Source of the DNA: Spirochaetia bacterium
GTDB lineage: Bacteria; Spirochaetota; Spirochaetia; CADAEX01
Reading direction: 5' to 3'
Assembly: GCA_963662265.2 (NCBI GenBank)
Contig: CAXXHA010000032.1
Span: forward strand, 64,001 to 128,000
Length of the DNA stretch: 64,000 bases
The notes under the pieces are model-generated. The model saw nothing but the letters and a program-made list of their open reading frames with translations, searched no databases and was not told the DNA's origin. A program made the translations under genes and the position numbers. Below are positions 29,974 to 40,373 of the stretch, piece after piece (position 1 is the stretch's first letter; every line of letters starts with the position of its first letter).

Positions 29974-31773
29974 TCACCCGAATACATGCAAATCCCTTTC
30001 CCTGTCTTTTCTGAACTGTCTTGTATATAAATTATAATAATGACCTTTCAGATCAAGCAGTTCACTGTGACTGCCTGATTCAATTATTTCCCCGTTATCA
30101 ATATACAGAATCCTGTCAGCATCCCTGATAGTTGAAAGCCTGTGAGCAATAATAAATGCAGTTGCATTTTCAAGAAGATTCTCCATCCCCTTGTGTATAA
30201 GCTCTTCCGAAAGAGTATCTATCGAACTTGTAGCCTCGTCCATGATAATCAGTTCCGGTTCTGCAAGTATTGCCCTTGCAAGGGAAATAAGCTGTTTCTG
30301 CCCGGTAGAAAGAAGAGTCCCCTCTTCACCCACATCTTCTGAATACCCTTTTTCAAGCTTCACGATAAAATCATGTGCATGTGCTTTTTTTGAAGCTTCA
30401 ACAACTTCACTGTCTTCAGCATCAAGCCTGCCGTAACGGATATTATCCATTATTGAACCGGAGAAAAGATGAGGAGTCTGAAGAACAACCCCAAGCTTCG
30501 ACTGGAGCGACTGCTGTGTATATTCCCTATAATCATGTTTCCCTATTTTTATTGCCCCCTTGACAGGTTCATAAAAACGGCAGAGCAGATTCACAATTGT
30601 TGACTTCCCCCCTCCTGTTGGACCTACAAGGGCGATTTTCTCCCCCTGCCTTACATGAAGAGACAGGTTATCAATTACTGTCTTGTCACTCTCGTACTGA
30701 AAATATACATTCTCAAAATCAATGTCTTTTTTTACTGAGTCTGCTGATAAAGCATCTTCTGAATCTTTTATATCAGGCTCCCTGTCAAGAAGGGAAAACA
30801 CCCTCTCAGCGCTTGCAACCGACTTCTGCATCTCGGCATAGACCCTTGCAATATCCTGCACAGGCCAGAGCATGAAAGTTATATAGCTTATAAATGCCTG
30901 TATTCCCCCTACAGTTATGAGTCCGGTTTTAAACTGGAAACCGCCGAACCAGAGAACAGCACCTACTGCAGCTGATGAAATAAGCTGGACAACAGGGAGA
31001 AATACAGAGGAGAGAATGACAGCCCTGTATGATGCCGAGTACATGTCATCTGTGAGTCCGCTGAAGGACTCAAGGTTTTTCTCCTCCCTCACAAGAGCTT
31101 TTATGACTTTCACACCGGTAATGTTTTCATTATACGCGCCTGTGATCTTTGAATTGATCGATCTCACCTTCCTGAATTCCGCAATAATCAGTTTCTGAAA
31201 TTTCAGGGCAGATGTGATAATAAGAGGAATAAATACAAGTACTGTTAGGGCCAGTTTCCAGTTAATTGCCAGCATGAAGATAAGTGCTGATGTTATATTG
31301 GTAACTGCCCACACAACATCAAGAAGGTTCCATGTTACAAGGTCTGAAATCCTCCCGATATCGGAAGTCATTCTCGATATTATCCATCCGACAGGGGTCC
31401 TGTCAAAAAAAGAGAAAGAAAGCTCCTGTATATGTGAAAACAGTTTTTTCCTTAGATCATACTGAATAATCTCACCAAGCCTTCCAGCCCCGTATATGAA
31501 ACCGAAGACAGACAGGGCAAGAACAATGTGAAGAACACCGTAGAAAAAAAGATACCTGAAAAGAAGCACCCTGTCGCCGGGGATAACTGCGTTATCAAGC
31601 GCCTGCTTTACAATATATGTATTCAGTGCTTCAAGAAACGCTGTTGCCATTATACAGATGACAAATCCGATAAGAAGAAAAATATGAGGCTTTGCCAGTG
31701 AAAGTATTCTCAGCGCAGTCTTTCCTGTGAGTTTATCTGAAAAATCCTCTTCATGAAAATGTTTCTCAGCCAT
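29974..31773 (-). CDS. ABC exporter ATP-binding/permease subunit (heterodimer partner with a degenerate signature)
   Basis: TMD plus NBD; GPTGGGKST, LSTGQKQ, MDEATS. Start MAEKH at 31773 overlaps the upstream gene's stop. Confidence 0.9.
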   Translation of the reverse strand: MAEKHFHEEDFSDKLTGKTALRILSLAKPHIFLLIGFVICIMATAFLEALNTYIVKQALDNAVIPGDRVLLFRYLFFYGVLHIVLALSVFGFIYGAGRLGEIIQYDLRKKLFSHIQELSFSFFDRTPVGWIISRMTSDIGRISDLVTWNLLDVVWAVTNITSALIFMLAINWKLALTVLVFIPLIITSALKFQKLIIAEFRKVRSINSKITGAYNENITGVKVIKALVREEKNLESFSGLTDDMYSASYRAVILSSVFLPVVQLISSAAVGAVLWFGGFQFKTGLITVGGIQAFISYITFMLWPVQDIARVYAEMQKSVASAERVFSLLDREPDIKDSEDALSADSVKKDIDFENVYFQYESDKTVIDNLSLHVRQGEKIALVGPTGGGKSTIVNLLCRFYEPVKGAIKIGKHDYREYTQQSLQSKLGVVLQTPHLFSGSIMDNIRYGRLDAEDSEVVEASKKAHAHDFIVKLEKGYSEDVGEEGTLLSTGQKQLISLARAILAEPELIIMDEATSSIDTLSEELIHKGMENLLENATAFIIAHRLSTIRDADRILYIDNGEIIESGSHSELLDLKGHYYNLYTRQFRKDRERDLHVFG

Positions 31774-33544
31774 GAGTAAGTTCCTCTTCAAGTTCCTTTT
31801 CTATCCTGCTCTGCAGTTCAAAGACTTTTTTATAAAATCCCTCTTCACCTATCAGCTTCCGGTGGTTTCCTTCCTGTATAATTTCCCCCTCTCTGAATAC
31901 AATAATCCTGTCGGCATTTACCAGGCTCTGGAGGCGGTGGGCGATAATAAAAGTTGTCCTCCCCTTCATCAGTTCAGAAAGGGCCTCTCTTATTTCATCT
32001 TCAGTTTCCGCATCAACAGCGGAAGTCGAGTCATCGAGAATCAGGATCTTAGGGTTTTTGAGTATTGTTCTTGCTATGGCAATTCTCTGCTTCTGCCCAC
32101 CCGAAAGAGTCACCCCTTTCTCCCCGACAACAGTTTCATACTTATCCGGAAACCCCATAATACTCTCGTGAACAGAAGCAGCTTTTGCAGCCTTTATTAT
32201 CTCATCTTCGCAGACATCCCGCTTTACACCATAGAGAATGTTTTCCCTTACTGTTGTTGAAAAAAGGAAAGGCTCCTGCTCAACAATACCTATATTTTCT
32301 CTCAGGAAACGCCTGGAATAATTTTCAACAGATATATCATCTATAAGAAGTGATCCGCTGTCTGCATGGTAGAAGCGGGGAAGAAGATTGACAAGGGTTG
32401 TTTTCCCGGAACCTGTTTCCCCAAGCAGGGCAACAGATTCTCCCGGCATGCATCTGAAATTTATATTCTTTAGAACAGGGACTGAACTGTCATAGCTGAA
32501 TGAGACATTATCAAATTCTATTTTCCCCTCTACGGTCCTCATGCTGTCACCCTTTTCAAGGTCCTCCTGTTTATTAACAAGAACAGAGGAAACACGGCTG
32601 TAAGAAACCCAGGCAGTTGAAAGCTGTGCAATAATACGTCCCATCTGCTGAACAGGCCAGATAATTGTGTTGAGAAATCCGATATATGCAACCATATCGC
32701 CGATATCAAGCTTACCGTCCATTACCATGAGTGCTGCAAATGCAATTCCTCCGATCTGCTGTACAGCACAGACAGTATGGGAAACAGGCCAGTAGAGAGC
32801 ATGGTTCATTAAAAATATCCGCCCCCTTTTGTATTTTTCCCTGTTAACCCCGTCAAATTTCTCTTTTTCAAATTCCTGCCTGGCAAAAGCCCTTACAATC
32901 CTCACACCTGTCAGGTTTTCCTGAATTGCGGATGAAAGCCTGCCGTCCTGTTCCTGATACTGCTCATACGCATCATGAATCTTTCTGAAAAAGACTACAG
33001 ACATGAAAATTATAATCGGGATTGCATGGACAGAAACAAGCGCCAGTTTGATGTCAAGATAAACAATTGAAGAAAAATTGATCAGAAACATGAATACAAT
33101 ACGGTTCAGGCCCGGAATCATATCGCTGAAAAAACGTCTGACAGTATCAACATCTGAAGTTGACCTCTGAATAAGTTCCCCTGTACTTGTTTTATCATGA
33201 TAGGCAAAGGATAGTTTCTGAGTATGGTCGAAAAGAGTATTTCGAAGGTCCCGGGCAATACCTTCTGCTGTTGAACCTGTCAGTCTTGCATTCATAAAGG
33301 AAAATCCCCCCCTTACAAGCGCAAGCAGGATATAAAAAAGAGAAAAGTAAATCAGGGGGAAACGCCAGTCTCCTGATGATGCTATATCATTTATATAAAA
33401 ACGCAGCACGAAATAACCGGCTGTACCTGCCGCAACAGATCCTGCCTGGAAAACCAGAGCTGTAAAATATCTCTTTCTGTATCTGTCAAGAAGAAACCAG
33501 AGACCGGCTAGAGGTTTTGCCGGAAGATAATCATGTAGATGCAT
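31766..33544 (-). CDS. ABC exporter ATP-binding/permease subunit
   Basis: TMD plus NBD; GETGSGKTT, LSGGQKQR, Walker B ILDDST (D in place of the catalytic E, typical of heterodimeric exporters). Confidence 0.9.
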   Translation of the reverse strand: MHLHDYLPAKPLAGLWFLLDRYRKRYFTALVFQAGSVAAGTAGYFVLRFYINDIASSGDWRFPLIYFSLFYILLALVRGGFSFMNARLTGSTAEGIARDLRNTLFDHTQKLSFAYHDKTSTGELIQRSTSDVDTVRRFFSDMIPGLNRIVFMFLINFSSIVYLDIKLALVSVHAIPIIIFMSVVFFRKIHDAYEQYQEQDGRLSSAIQENLTGVRIVRAFARQEFEKEKFDGVNREKYKRGRIFLMNHALYWPVSHTVCAVQQIGGIAFAALMVMDGKLDIGDMVAYIGFLNTIIWPVQQMGRIIAQLSTAWVSYSRVSSVLVNKQEDLEKGDSMRTVEGKIEFDNVSFSYDSSVPVLKNINFRCMPGESVALLGETGSGKTTLVNLLPRFYHADSGSLLIDDISVENYSRRFLRENIGIVEQEPFLFSTTVRENILYGVKRDVCEDEIIKAAKAASVHESIMGFPDKYETVVGEKGVTLSGGQKQRIAIARTILKNPKILILDDSTSAVDAETEDEIREALSELMKGRTTFIIAHRLQSLVNADRIIVFREGEIIQEGNHRKLIGEEGFYKKVFELQSRIEKELEEELTHG

Positions 33545-33689
33545 TTATGTCCCCATTTTTAATTCAAAAAAATTTTAAAACACAGGCGGTTGTGTCATGG
33601 AAATTTCAATCAAACATCAGCCGGATATTCTAAAACCGTTACTTAAATAAATATATAAAAAAAAAGTCTGATCAGGAATAAAAAAATTA

Positions 33690-34721
33690 TCAGGTCTCAA
33701 CAAGTTTCCTGTAATCATTTACAAAACATTTGACAATTTCCTCTTCTGTCGCCCATGAAGTTATAAGTCTTATTGCAGATTTGTTTTCATCAATGCTTTT
33801 CCATATATAGAAACCATATATCTCACTCAGCTTATCTATTACGCTGTTTTCCATTACAGGAAATATCTGATTGGTGGGGGAATCAATTAAAAAACTGCAG
33901 CCGCACTTCTTAAGCTCACTTACCAGATACTGGGCCATTTTATTTGCATGCAGAGCCAGATTAAAGTAAAGATTGTTTTGAAAAAGCGCATTGAACTGTA
34001 CTCCAAGAACTCTTCCCTTTGAAAGGAGAGCCCCCTTCTGCTTTATCAGATAACGTGTATCCTCTTTCATGCTTTCATTACAGATTATCAGCGCTTCACC
34101 CAGTAAAGTCCCGTTTTTCGTCCCCCCGATAAAAAAGGCATCACAGTTGTCATGAATCACCCTAAGAGATAATCCGGCTTCTTCAACCGCAACAGCAGAA
34201 CCCAGCCTTGCTCCGTCAATATAAAGCAGAAGTTCCTTTTCCCTGCAGAAAGCATAGAGTGCTTCAAGTTCCTTTCTGCTGTAAACTGTGCCCAATTCTG
34301 TTGGATTGGAAATATACACAAGCCGGGGTTTTACCATGTGTTCGAAATGATGTTCCTGCAGCACAGGTGTTATCATATCAGGATTCAGTTTTCCATCTTC
34401 TGCTTCAACTGTTACAACCTTATGCCCGGTCGCTTCAATCGCGCCGGCTTCATGTACTGCAACATGTCCTGTACATGGGGAAATGACAGCTTCATGAGGC
34501 CTCAAAAAAGCGCTGACTGCAAGAAGATTGGTTTGAGTGCCTCCTGACAGAAAATGAACTGAACAATCAGGACTGCATGCAAGTTTTTTAATTTTTTCAG
34601 CTGCTGCTGCTGAGAAACTGTCCAGCCCGTATCCTTCCTCCTGGCGGCTGTTATTATCTATAAGCGCTTTAAGGACTTCAGGATGAGCTCCTTCGCTGTA
34701 ATCATTTTTAAAACTGTACAT
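33690..34721 (-). CDS. ltaE: Low-specificity L-threonine aldolase (PLP-dependent)
   Basis: SFKNDY, GGTQTN, HEAGA, DGARL, GGTKNG (PLP Lys). Confidence 0.88.
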   Translation of the reverse strand: MYSFKNDYSEGAHPEVLKALIDNNSRQEEGYGLDSFSAAAAEKIKKLACSPDCSVHFLSGGTQTNLLAVSAFLRPHEAVISPCTGHVAVHEAGAIEATGHKVVTVEAEDGKLNPDMITPVLQEHHFEHMVKPRLVYISNPTELGTVYSRKELEALYAFCREKELLLYIDGARLGSAVAVEEAGLSLRVIHDNCDAFFIGGTKNGTLLGEALIICNESMKEDTRYLIKQKGALLSKGRVLGVQFNALFQNNLYFNLALHANKMAQYLVSELKKCGCSFLIDSPTNQIFPVMENSVIDKLSEIYGFYIWKSIDENKSAIRLITSWATEEEIVKCFVNDYRKLVET

Positions 34722-34979
34722 ATAAACCTCCCGATAACCTGACTACATCATTGTAACCTGTTAAATCACAATACAGCAATATGATATATATAACCAAAAG
34801 AGAGTTTAAAAGCACGTCTGCCCTTTACAGCTCAGACGTTTGCCTTGCAATAAACCTGGTTTTTGAGGTTTTAAACAGATATATCAGCATTTTAACCAAT
34901 GCTTCATATTTCCACCCGATATTCAGCTTTATACTGTATATATTCTTGAGGCCGATCCATACTTGATGCAAATCAGGCC

Positions 34980-35009
34980 TTGACAATTAAGCAAACGTTT
35001 GAGTAGAAT
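34980..35009 (+). promoter_or_regulatory. sigma70 promoter of iolCBJ with a LacI-type operator between -35 and -10
   Basis: TTGACA-18 nt (containing AGCAAACGTTTGA)-TAGAAT. Confidence 0.65.
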
Positions 35010-35297
35010 ATTTTCAGGTAATTAAAAAATAAGAATGTAAACAGGTTATACCAGCTGTTTATGATATTTAATTAAAAGCTGATTACTTCAACCTGTTCAG
35101 GGAAATCAGCAAAAGCTCTCAACCGGATAAACACAGGCGATGAATATTAAAAAAAGTCTGTACAGACAAATGCGAAACACCCTCCCGGGGTAAAGAGTTT
35201 TTCTGCAATGTTCATAACACTTGTGTGAACACAATGGAAGCTCCTGAATGAATTTTTAAAAAAATAAAAACTGGTTTTCCATGAGACAGGAGGAAAC

Positions 35298-36284
35298 ATG
35301 ACATTATTTCCTGAAAACAGAAAATTTGATTTTCTCGCTCAGGGCCGGGCAGGCCTTGATCTCTATGCAGATGAGGAAAACACAGACTTCAATAATGTTC
35401 TCTCATTCAGAAAATTTGTCGGAGGATCACCGGGAAATATAACAGCAATGCTTGCAACTCTGGGGCGGAAAACCGGTCTTATAACAAAAGTTTCTGACGA
35501 TCTTATCGGGAAATATGTTATCTCATATTTTGATTCCATAAACTCGGATACATCACAGGTAATCAGGGATTCAAGCGGTTCAAGAACAAGTCTTGCAATA
35601 ACAGAGATGAAACCGGAGAACTGCGGTGTAATAATCTACAGGAACAATGCATCTGACCAGCAGCTCTGCCCTGAGGAAATCAGCGAAGATTACATAGGAC
35701 AGGCAGCAGGTATTGTTATTTCAGGCTTTGCTCTCTCAGAAGCTCCTGGAAGGGATGCTGCAATTATTGCTATTGAATATGCGAAAAGGCAGGGAACAAC
35801 AGTAATTCTAGATCTTGACTACAGGCCCTATTCATGGAGATCAGACTATGAAGCATCCATTTATATGGGAATTGCAGCTGAAAAAGCAGATATCCTTATA
35901 GGAAATGATGAGGAATTTTCAGTACTCAACAAGATAATGTATCCGGAAACTGTAAATGACGGTAAGGCAGCAGTAAAACCATGGATTGAAAGAGGCTGTT
36001 CTCTTGCTATCTATAAACAGGGAGGAGGAAAAGGAGCTCTTGCAATAGAGAAAGACGGAACAGAGCATGAAGGAAGACTCTATAAAACAGCTCTTAAAAA
36101 ACCTTTCGGAGCAGGAGATGCATTCCTTGGTACAACACTCCACTACCTGATGAAAGATGGTGATGTTGCAAATGCAATAGATAAAGGTGCGGCAGCAGCA
36201 AGTATAGTAATTTCAAGAAAAAGCTGCTCGGCAGCCTCCCCTACTGAAAAGGAAATAAACGATTTTATTAATTCATATAAGTAA
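35298..36284 (+). CDS. iolC: 5-dehydro-2-deoxygluconokinase (PfkB family)
   Basis: GRAGLDLY, GGSPGN, YRNNASD, LDLDYRPYSW, KPFGAGDAF; adjacent to iolB. Confidence 0.85.
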   Translation: MTLFPENRKFDFLAQGRAGLDLYADEENTDFNNVLSFRKFVGGSPGNITAMLATLGRKTGLITKVSDDLIGKYVISYFDSINSDTSQVIRDSSGSRTSLAITEMKPENCGVIIYRNNASDQQLCPEEISEDYIGQAAGIVISGFALSEAPGRDAAIIAIEYAKRQGTTVILDLDYRPYSWRSDYEASIYMGIAAEKADILIGNDEEFSVLNKIMYPETVNDGKAAVKPWIERGCSLAIYKQGGGKGALAIEKDGTEHEGRLYKTALKKPFGAGDAFLGTTLHYLMKDGDVANAIDKGAAAASIVISRKSCSAASPTEKEINDFINSYK

Positions 36285-36307
36285 CTGCAATATAAAGGAG
36301 AATAACA

Positions 36308-37153
36308 ATGCCGGCACATATAAAACCATATGACAATTTCAACAGACCCATAGTTGATACAGGTGATAAGCTTGTACCAAGAACATACCTGAACCATGTA
36401 AAACTGAAAAAAGGGGAAAAACACAGCTACAGGCTTGCAGAGTATGAATCTGTTTGTGTCGGATATTCGGGAACTTTTAATATAACTGTAGACGGGGAAG
36501 AGTTTAAGAATATAGGTGTAAGGAAAAAACTCTTCGAAGGCAAACCTGATTCGGTATATGTGCCTCTCGACTCGGAAGCTGTTCTCACTGCTGTAAGCGA
36601 AGAAGCTGTTATTCTTATCGCGGGGGGAAGATATGAGGAAAAGCTGAAACCTTTCAGAGTTACTCAGGACGATGTCGATACAGTTCAGTACGGTTCAGAT
36701 GAAACCAAGACTCACAGGAAAATCTACCATGTACTGGGTCAGAAAAACAGGGAAAAGGTTGGAAGACTCCTTGTAAGTGAACTATTCACAGTAGGCGCCG
36801 GCGGTTGGTCAGGTTTTCCCCCTCACAAACATGATGAGGATATTGAAGGAAAGGAAACTGCTTTCGAAGAAGTCTACTACTTTGCCTTCAACCCGGAACA
36901 CGGCTTCGGAGCACAGTTTGCATATACTCATGAAAATGACCTGGGGCCTGTTTACCATATAAAGACAGGAAGCACTATTCTTCTTGAAAGAGGTTTTCAC
37001 CCTGTATGTGCTGCTCCCGGATATGAAATGTATTACTTCACAATACTTGTGGGAAAGACAAAGAAATACCTTCAGCAGAATTTTGAAAAAGCCCATGAAT
37101 ACCAGGTGCATACAATCCCGGGTATCAAGGATATGGTTTCTAAATTCAAGTAA
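36308..37153 (+). CDS. iolB: 5-deoxy-glucuronate isomerase (IolB/KduI family)
   Basis: GGWSGFPPHKHD, FEEVYYF, GFHP...APGYEMYY. Confidence 0.9.
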   Translation: MPAHIKPYDNFNRPIVDTGDKLVPRTYLNHVKLKKGEKHSYRLAEYESVCVGYSGTFNITVDGEEFKNIGVRKKLFEGKPDSVYVPLDSEAVLTAVSEEAVILIAGGRYEEKLKPFRVTQDDVDTVQYGSDETKTHRKIYHVLGQKNREKVGRLLVSELFTVGAGGWSGFPPHKHDEDIEGKETAFEEVYYFAFNPEHGFGAQFAYTHENDLGPVYHIKTGSTILLERGFHPVCAAPGYEMYYFTILVGKTKKYLQQNFEKAHEYQVHTIPGIKDMVSKFK

Positions 37154-37165
37154 ACGGACAGTAAA

Positions 37166-38008
37166 ATGATTGTAAATCTTAAAGAGCTTCTTCCGGAAGC
37201 TGCAGGTTCAAATTACATAGTGCCGGGATTTAATATCTTCGGAATGGATGAGGCCTGTCAGGTAATGAAGGCAGCTGAGGCAGAAAAAAGCCCTGTAATC
37301 CTCATGGTAAACAAGGATATGGTAAAGAAATATCCTGTAGAAATACTGGGAAGAATGATGGAAGCTGTTGCTGTTCAGTCATCATACCCTGTATGTGTTC
37401 ACCTCGATCATACATATCAAGAGGATATTATATTCAGGGCAATGGAATCAGGCTTTTCATCTGTAATGTTTGACGGGTCCCAGCTTCCGCTTGATGAGAA
37501 TATCAGGAGGACCAGAGCTGTTGCTGACAGGGCTCACAGGATGGGGATTTCTGTAGAAGGGGAAATAGGTTCTGTTCCTTACACTGATGAAAGGAGCCCT
37601 ATTAAGGATGAAAAAACAGATCCTTCAGAAGCAGCGGAATATGCGGAAAAATCAGGAGCTGATGCTGTTGCTGTTGCAGTAGGAAATATACATAAGCTTA
37701 AAAAAGCGGAAGCTGTAATTGATACAGTCCTGCTTGAGAAAATAGGGAGCAGGGTTGATACGCCCCTGGTGCTGCACGGAACATCAGGAATCCCGTCCTG
37801 TGATCTTAAAAAGCTCCTTTCAAGCAGAGTATCAAAATGCAATATAGGTACTGTTTTACGGCAGGCATGGGGATATACTATGAGAAGTGATTTTGAATCC
37901 TCTCCCGGGGCTTTCGACAGATTAACACTCACAGAAAAAGCGCTTTCTGCTGTTTATGAAAAAGCAGCTGAAAAAATCAGAGAACTTGGCGCTTCCGGCA
38001 GGGGTTGA
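37166..38008 (+). CDS. iolJ: Class II aldolase, probable 6-phospho-5-dehydro-2-deoxy-D-gluconate aldolase
   Basis: VHLDH, SVMFDGS, VEGEIG, GNIH, LVLHGTSG class II aldolase motifs; context iolC-iolB. Confidence 0.75.
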   Translation: MIVNLKELLPEAAGSNYIVPGFNIFGMDEACQVMKAAEAEKSPVILMVNKDMVKKYPVEILGRMMEAVAVQSSYPVCVHLDHTYQEDIIFRAMESGFSSVMFDGSQLPLDENIRRTRAVADRAHRMGISVEGEIGSVPYTDERSPIKDEKTDPSEAAEYAEKSGADAVAVAVGNIHKLKKAEAVIDTVLLEKIGSRVDTPLVLHGTSGIPSCDLKKLLSSRVSKCNIGTVLRQAWGYTMRSDFESSPGAFDRLTLTEKALSAVYEKAAEKIRELGASGRG

Positions 38009-38045
38009 AAAAATAACAGATCTGCAATTGCAAAACCTGAAGTAT

Positions 38046-39917
38046 CTAAAGTTCCCCTTTCCTGACCCTTTCTGCGAGAAGAATAAGGTTCCTGAGAGAA
38101 TTTTTATCGCCAGTCTTGAGCCATTTGCCTGTAAAATCCGGATTCTGCACTATCTGGGCTATCGCCATTAGTGCCTGCAGATGGAAATTTCTTTCATCCT
38201 TTGAGCCGGCAAGGGCAAATACCATGTGAACAGGAGGAGTATCACTTCCAAATGAAATCCCCTTCACAGACCTTGTAACTATAATATCAAAAAGAGATTT
38301 CCCCTCAATCACAATATGTGGAATTGCAAGCCCCTCATGAATAACGGTTGTGGAATCCTTCTCCCTCTCCTTCAGCAGTTCATACACCTGACTGCTCTCA
38401 ATATTCAACCGTCTTGAAAAATGATCTGAGAGAATTCTGAACAGCCCATACATATCTGCTTCTTCATCTATATCAATAATTTCCGCCTCCCTGATTATCC
38501 TGTCGAAACGGTCTTCAATAATTTCATCCCTCCTGATAAGAATATCCCGGAGCTCATCGGGAAGTGTTTTTGTCTTTAATTCGCGGGAAGTAACCCTTTC
38601 AACTATGTGAACAATTGCTGACTGCTTTTCATTACGGGATTTTGAATAGAGAAAATACCAGAGCAGAGACATGATGAAGAAACCAGCTGTTATCAGAAGA
38701 GGTATTTTCCCCATTCCGATTATAAGAATAATATAAACCACAATACCTGCAATCTGGGGAAAAGGATAAAGGGGTGTTCTGAAAGCAGGTTTATACGAAA
38801 CAATCTTACTCTCCCTCATGATAATAACAGACATATTTACAGACATGAAAAGGAGAAGTTTCATTGTTGATGCAACCTTTACAAGGTTTTCAAGATCAAG
38901 AACTGTTATGCAGACAATCATGAAGAGTGAAGTCAGGATTATTGAAACTACAGGTGTCCTGAATCTCATACTGACATTGGCAAAAAACTGGGGAAGCAAA
39001 TGATCTTTCGCCATTGCAAGGGGTGAACGGGCAGCTGCCATTATACCTGCATTTGCGGTAGTAATAAAAGCAAGAAGAGCTGCAACTGCAAGTACAATAA
39101 ATCCGCTGTTTCCTGAATATTTTGAAGCAGCAAGCGATATAGGGGTAAGTGTCTGCCTGAATTCAGAGCTGTCTAAAAGACCGACAGTGACAAAGATAAC
39201 TAAAACATAAAGTATTGAAACAAAAACATATGCTGCAATCATTCCGGCAGGCAGGGTCTTCTTGGGATTCCTGACCTCCTCCGCAACCGATGCAACCTTG
39301 GTGAGACCACCGTAGGAAATAAAGATAAGACCTGTGACTGTAAAAACCTTTCTCCATCCTGACGGGGCAAAGGGGACATAGCGGTGAATATTAATATGAG
39401 GCATGCCGGAAAATATGTAATATATCAGGAGAATGATAAGTCCGAATACGAGAAAAACCTGGAGCCTTCCGCTCTCACCGACACTTAGAATATTCAGTAA
39501 AGTAAAAAACACAGTAAATGTTACTGCAATTATCTTCACAGTTTCTGCAGAATAATGGGGAAAAAGAGGTTCAAGAAATATACCGATTCCGACAAGCGCA
39601 AAAGCGCTCTTAAGCGACAGGGCAAACCAGGAGGAAAACCCGGCAAAAGTTCCGAAAAGAGCCCCGAAACTCCTGTTAATAAAGAAATAAACACCCCCCG
39701 CCTTGGGCATTGCTGTTGCAAGCTCAGCCTTGGAAAAAAGGGCAGGTATTACAAAAACAGCTGAAAGAAAATATGCAAAAATAATAGAAGGCCCTGCCTT
39801 GAGATATGTTACAGCAGGAAGTACAAAAAGCCCGGAACTGATCATGGCCCCTGCAGATATGGAAAAAACCTCAAGAACTCCGAGAGCTTTTTTCAGTTCG
39901 TTACTGTCCTCTTTCAT
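38046..39917 (-). CDS. Second APC permease-PTS EIIA fusion (paralog of 26375-28222)
   Basis: Shares GAMISSGLFVLPA, SYGGLTKVAS, MRESKIVSY, EDRFD and ERNFHL with the paralog; EREKDSTT...GLAIPH. Confidence 0.85.
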   Translation of the reverse strand: MKEDSNELKKALGVLEVFSISAGAMISSGLFVLPAVTYLKAGPSIIFAYFLSAVFVIPALFSKAELATAMPKAGGVYFFINRSFGALFGTFAGFSSWFALSLKSAFALVGIGIFLEPLFPHYSAETVKIIAVTFTVFFTLLNILSVGESGRLQVFLVFGLIILLIYYIFSGMPHINIHRYVPFAPSGWRKVFTVTGLIFISYGGLTKVASVAEEVRNPKKTLPAGMIAAYVFVSILYVLVIFVTVGLLDSSEFRQTLTPISLAASKYSGNSGFIVLAVAALLAFITTANAGIMAAARSPLAMAKDHLLPQFFANVSMRFRTPVVSIILTSLFMIVCITVLDLENLVKVASTMKLLLFMSVNMSVIIMRESKIVSYKPAFRTPLYPFPQIAGIVVYIILIIGMGKIPLLITAGFFIMSLLWYFLYSKSRNEKQSAIVHIVERVTSRELKTKTLPDELRDILIRRDEIIEDRFDRIIREAEIIDIDEEADMYGLFRILSDHFSRRLNIESSQVYELLKEREKDSTTVIHEGLAIPHIVIEGKSLFDIIVTRSVKGISFGSDTPPVHMVFALAGSKDERNFHLQALMAIAQIVQNPDFTGKWLKTGDKNSLRNLILLAERVRKGEL

Positions 39918-40257
39918 ATGCCAACTTCCATTATCCAGTTTAACTTATAAAAGATACATGAGCAAATTTTATATTGTTTTTATAAATTTTAAAAAGAAAA
40001 GAAATATTATCCTGTTTTTAACATCAATAATAATATAAGGAAATCACTAAATATTTGTTTTTATTCTAATTCAGAACAGAAATTCCTGTGTGATAATAAT
40101 TTGTTATATACTAAAAAACATAGTTTTTTTCTTACAATTCCCCCATTCGGGGATAAATGCCATATAAAAATATAAAATTAAAAAGTCCCCAGAATAACAA
40201 GGAAAATAAAAAAAGCTACAGCGCCAATAACCGATAATCCTAAGTATAATCTATACA

Positions 40258-40309
40258 TAATAAAACTCCTGTAATATCATCTGAGTTAAAATATACAGGA
40301 GTTTTATTA
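40258..40309 (-). terminator. Long hairpin downstream of the ABC substrate-binding gene
   Basis: TAATAAAACTCCTGTA...TACAGGAGTTTTATTA. Confidence 0.6.
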
Positions 40310-40373
40310 AGATAATGTTCCGATAACGTTAAAATATTATTAATAACATATACATCGGCACAAATTTTATTCT

